This document shows positions 60,175-63,420 of a stretch of DNA of 63,420 nucleotides, in pieces; positions within the stretch are counted from its first letter, which is position 1, and each line of letters begins with the position of its first letter. The translations under genes were made by a program, and so were the position numbers. The notes under the pieces are model-generated. The model was not told the DNA's origin, did not search any database, and worked only from the letters and a program-made list of their open reading frames with translations. Source of the stretch: Macrostomum lignano (lineage: Eukaryota); assembly GCA_002269645.1 (NCBI GenBank), contig NIVC01002173.1, forward strand, positions 92,914-156,333, read 5' to 3'.

Positions 60175-62186
60175 GAGAAATTTCTTAGGTTTGCTCAACT
60201 GCAGCTTGGCTTGCGAGTAGGGCTGAATTTCTGCAGAGAGCGGATTTTCAGTTTCTGCCTCAAGAAAACAATTTTATCGCATATTTTTATAATAAAAAAC
60301 ACCGATTTGCCGAATCTTGGGGGAAATCGATTCACCTCCACAGTTTTGGCGTTGGAAAAAGAGAAACAACACGCACTATCTGTAGCAATTGAATTTTTAT
60401 GCTTTCGGGGGAAATCTGCTCAAAATACGTCATTTTAATCTAGAAAAATGCAAAAGGTTCTCAGGAACGAAGGAGTAGGAATTGGCTTTTAACTTGGTAC
60501 CTGCATGCACTGAAATTCTAAACTGATACAAGCTTATTTTGCTTCAGGTGGTAGCTTTAGAATTCTGTTGTCAGCGGCTGAATATCGAATAGCGAAGTAT
60601 ATCTACTTGATGAATTCGTTTGTGGCTGTTTGTCCAGAATGACGTCATCCAGGTTGGTCCGTCTGACGGGTCCAAAAAGTCCATTGAAGCCACCTGACAA
60701 CTGACGCTGAACTGTTTAACCTCCTAGGACCCAGCAACGTACGAGTAGACCGCGCCGCCGACAGAATCCAGGGCACTGGTGTCAGCCAATGATCCTCCTG
60801 TCCTCACTGGTAGGCTGTCTGGCGACAGCACCTCCTGCATTGGCTGTGGGCAGTGCGACTCAGAGCAGCTGCTGATGAGGCCTACAAGTTGGGGTCGCCG
60901 ACGACGCAACAGGTCGCTTGGACGGACTGGGTCGGCTCGGCAATGTAGAGCGTCGCCTTGGCTACTCAGTCGTCGCTGATCTTGAAAGCGCAGCGCAACA
61001 TTCTGTTCGAGCAAGTATGAATGGGATAGTTTTAACAAAGTTCTAAGGTCTGGGAGACCCAGAAGGCTTGTGCTGGCTTCCGGCGTTTCCCCCTCCGGCG
61101 ATTCCCTTTCGACGTTTCCATTCCCTTCCGAAGAAACGCCGGAAGGGAAACGCCGGAGGGAAGTGCCGGAGAGAAAATGTCCTTAAGCGTCCTTTTGCAA
61201 ACGATTTGACACGAATGGGAGGCTTTAATATTGAATGGCGTGCGTACTGGGCGTGCAGCCCTGAAGAGCCTTTTTAGCTAACTGCAAAATTTAACTTATA
61301 CGAGAATGTTGCAGCCTTTTTATCCTCCAACCAGTAGATATAGTAGCCCTACTGTAGGACTCTAGGCTCAGGATGTTGGCTTAGAAAGCTGCAGTTGAAA
61401 TTTATTGAATTTTCTAGCCGAAAATTGATAAAATTCCACCTTGCCGAAAATTATTGTTGAGGAATAATTGTGGGCTACTGAAAAAGCTGAATAGATAGCA
61501 TTATGAAGCTGATAATAAAGTTTGAATTTTACACAAAATTTTGCGTCTATATTTTTTATATTTGGCACCTGGCTTAATAAACGCTTTCGATACTACTGGG
61601 TGATTTTACATCAATAATGAGTGGGACTAAGTGATGATGTTCGGAATGATGGGAATGATCAGGGTATTGGACTTTGAGGGGATGCTCAGTTAAAACGGTT
61701 TTGAGATGCAGCAATGCTGAAGGGAGTGAGATACAGAATGATGCTAAGCGGAATGATGCTAATGGGGGATGATGTTGAGTGGGAATGACTCTAAGGGGGG
61801 GGGGTGATGCTGAGAGGAAGTTGCCCAATTGTGTGGAGTTTTTATCGTTTTATGGAAATTAATAGCAAAGCGCTTTTCACTTACATGGACATTGTTGAAT
61901 GGGATTCCAGTGAGGTGAGGGATTCTACAAACTGAGATTTTACCTTGTTTAAATTACTTTGATTCAGTGCGTGTAATCTTTGCAGACCACAGTGAAAACA
62001 CTGAAGGATCAAAAAGCATAGTATACAAAAATTTAGAGGCTGACATCTTCAAAAAATTGCCATAAGTTTTGTGTAACAACGTACATTGTCACAAACAGAA
62101 AAAAACTATAGTCACCATCTGGAAAATTCCGCAGCTAAAGGGTTTATGCATGGAAAAGCATGTCTGATTTCGTAGATCAAGAAGTG

Positions 62187-63420
62187 TTAGATGACCGGTT
62201 TCCTTTTCCGAACTCGGCGATCCAGCGGCAATGCTATCGATTGGCAAGGCCTCCCATACCAGTCCCGGACTGCATCCAGCAGCCAACCTCGCAGCACAGC
62301 CGTCCTATCGATAACCTTTTGAATTCTTTCTTTCAGTCGTCGTTTCAACTCGACATCATGGCAGTACAGCGCCGCTGTGACCAGCTCCTGGGCGTCTGCG
62401 TCCGCTCGCACAGCCACGTCTCTGATCCAGCCATGAGCTTCCTCGATGCCCACTTTTAGCTCAATTCGGAGACACTGGAGAAGTGCGTCAAAGTTCACAG
62501 AAAAATTTGTGTAATAATTCTCCAGTTGAAAAATTACGCATTCAGACATCCGTCTGGAAATGAAGGAATACGTTGGGCGCTGATGCAGTGTGAAGCAAAA
62601 CTTCCAAGCCGAGTCGGAGTTACAGAGATGTTGCCAAACTAGCTCCGTCGCCGAGCTCGAGACTGGCTTCTCAGTCGGCAAGAGAAACCTCGCCTAACTT
62701 TGTGCAATCTGCCCCGATGAGAATATCGGCTGCCGCATCCTGGAGGCCAAATTTCAGACACGCAAGGACTCTCAGCGATTCGCGAGCGGTTCGAGCGCAA
62801 TCGGGCAGTTTTCCTATCAAATCCAGGAGTCCCAGATGCGATTTGGAGCTGCAGTCGTAGTCAGACAGGAACATTAGCGCTTCGCGAACAACATCGTAGA
62901 TCTCGTGGTACTCGATTTTATTTGACTTTGGCGATGGGTTTTGTGCATGCATGTATGGCAGCACAACAAATGGATGAAAGTAGAACATGTCGCCATCGTT
63001 GATTGATCGCAGAGTGCTCATAAACTGTATTACTAGCTCGTCAAAGTTTTCTGTCAAGTGAGTCAGTGCTCTAGCAATGGTTTCAAGAAAAGCCTTCATC
63101 TCCTCTGCTGCTTTCGGTTCCACACCCTTCAGGTACAGAGCCGTGTCGCAGAGAAAGAAATGGTCTAAAATTTTTCCTTCTCCGTTATTATGCCCGGCGT
63201 TTTTCTCAACTGAGTCCCGAAGAATCTTGAGCGACTTCTTTGTGAGGCTGATAAGATTTTCTGGCCGCCATCGCTCGCGTGGTGTTGTCTCAAGCATTCG
63301 GAATGTGGTAGTCTTGACGTGGTATGCCTTCAGTCTTGAATATTGTTAGGAATCTTTGCTGCTGTAACCTTTCTTCACCAGATTACTTGAGAATGATAAA
63401 CAGCTGCCCTTGGACAGTGT
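62187..63420 (-). pseudogene. 3' part of a Mab-21/cGAS-like (cGLR) gene with a helical extension; lesioned; the 5' part lies beyond the window
   Basis: QLFIILK/YLVKK..RLKAYHVKTTTFRMLETTPRERWRPENLISLTKKSLKILRDSV..ILDHFFL resembles the Mab-21 C-terminal SYHLKT..W..LPHYF pattern. TAA at 63346-63348; frameshifts at ~63385 and ~62675. Confidence 0.55.

Noticed and set aside
60724-61038. GC-rich exon-like block
   Set aside because: All plus frames are interrupted and the minus ORF has no motif; left uncalled.
180-63385. Programmed ribosomal frameshifting to explain the several 1-nt breaks
   Set aside because: No slippery sites or downstream structures are evident; pseudogenisation or consensus error is enough.

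Overview
Eukaryotic (animal) genomic DNA, not prokaryotic. Spliceosomal introns, very dense minisatellites and a degenerate spliced-leader-like motif suggest a free-living flatworm such as Macrostomum lignano (inference). From left to right: (1) two decayed PAN/apple + LamG-like secreted-protein genes with a tRNA-derived SINE and a Ty3/Gypsy remnant; (2) two tandem GABA-B-like class C GPCR genes; (3) a ~3.5 kb AT-rich, CpG-depleted, TpA-rich island; (4) INTS9 and SNX4, closely linked, with a minisatellite or MITE in nearly every intron; (5) an intact PAN-LamG gene, a deleted Tc1/mariner element and MITEs; (6) two tandem KY/hillarin-like pseudo-transglutaminase genes with a C-terminus resembling the dynein microtubule-binding domain, the second carrying a young RT-RNase H non-LTR retrotransposon flanked by a 368-bp direct repeat; (7) a decayed secreted-protein gene and the 3' part of a lesioned Mab-21/cGAS-like gene. 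All calls come from reading the sequence by eye and from recalled family motifs. No searches were run. Repeat boundaries are approximate, and single-base frameshifts could be assembly errors.
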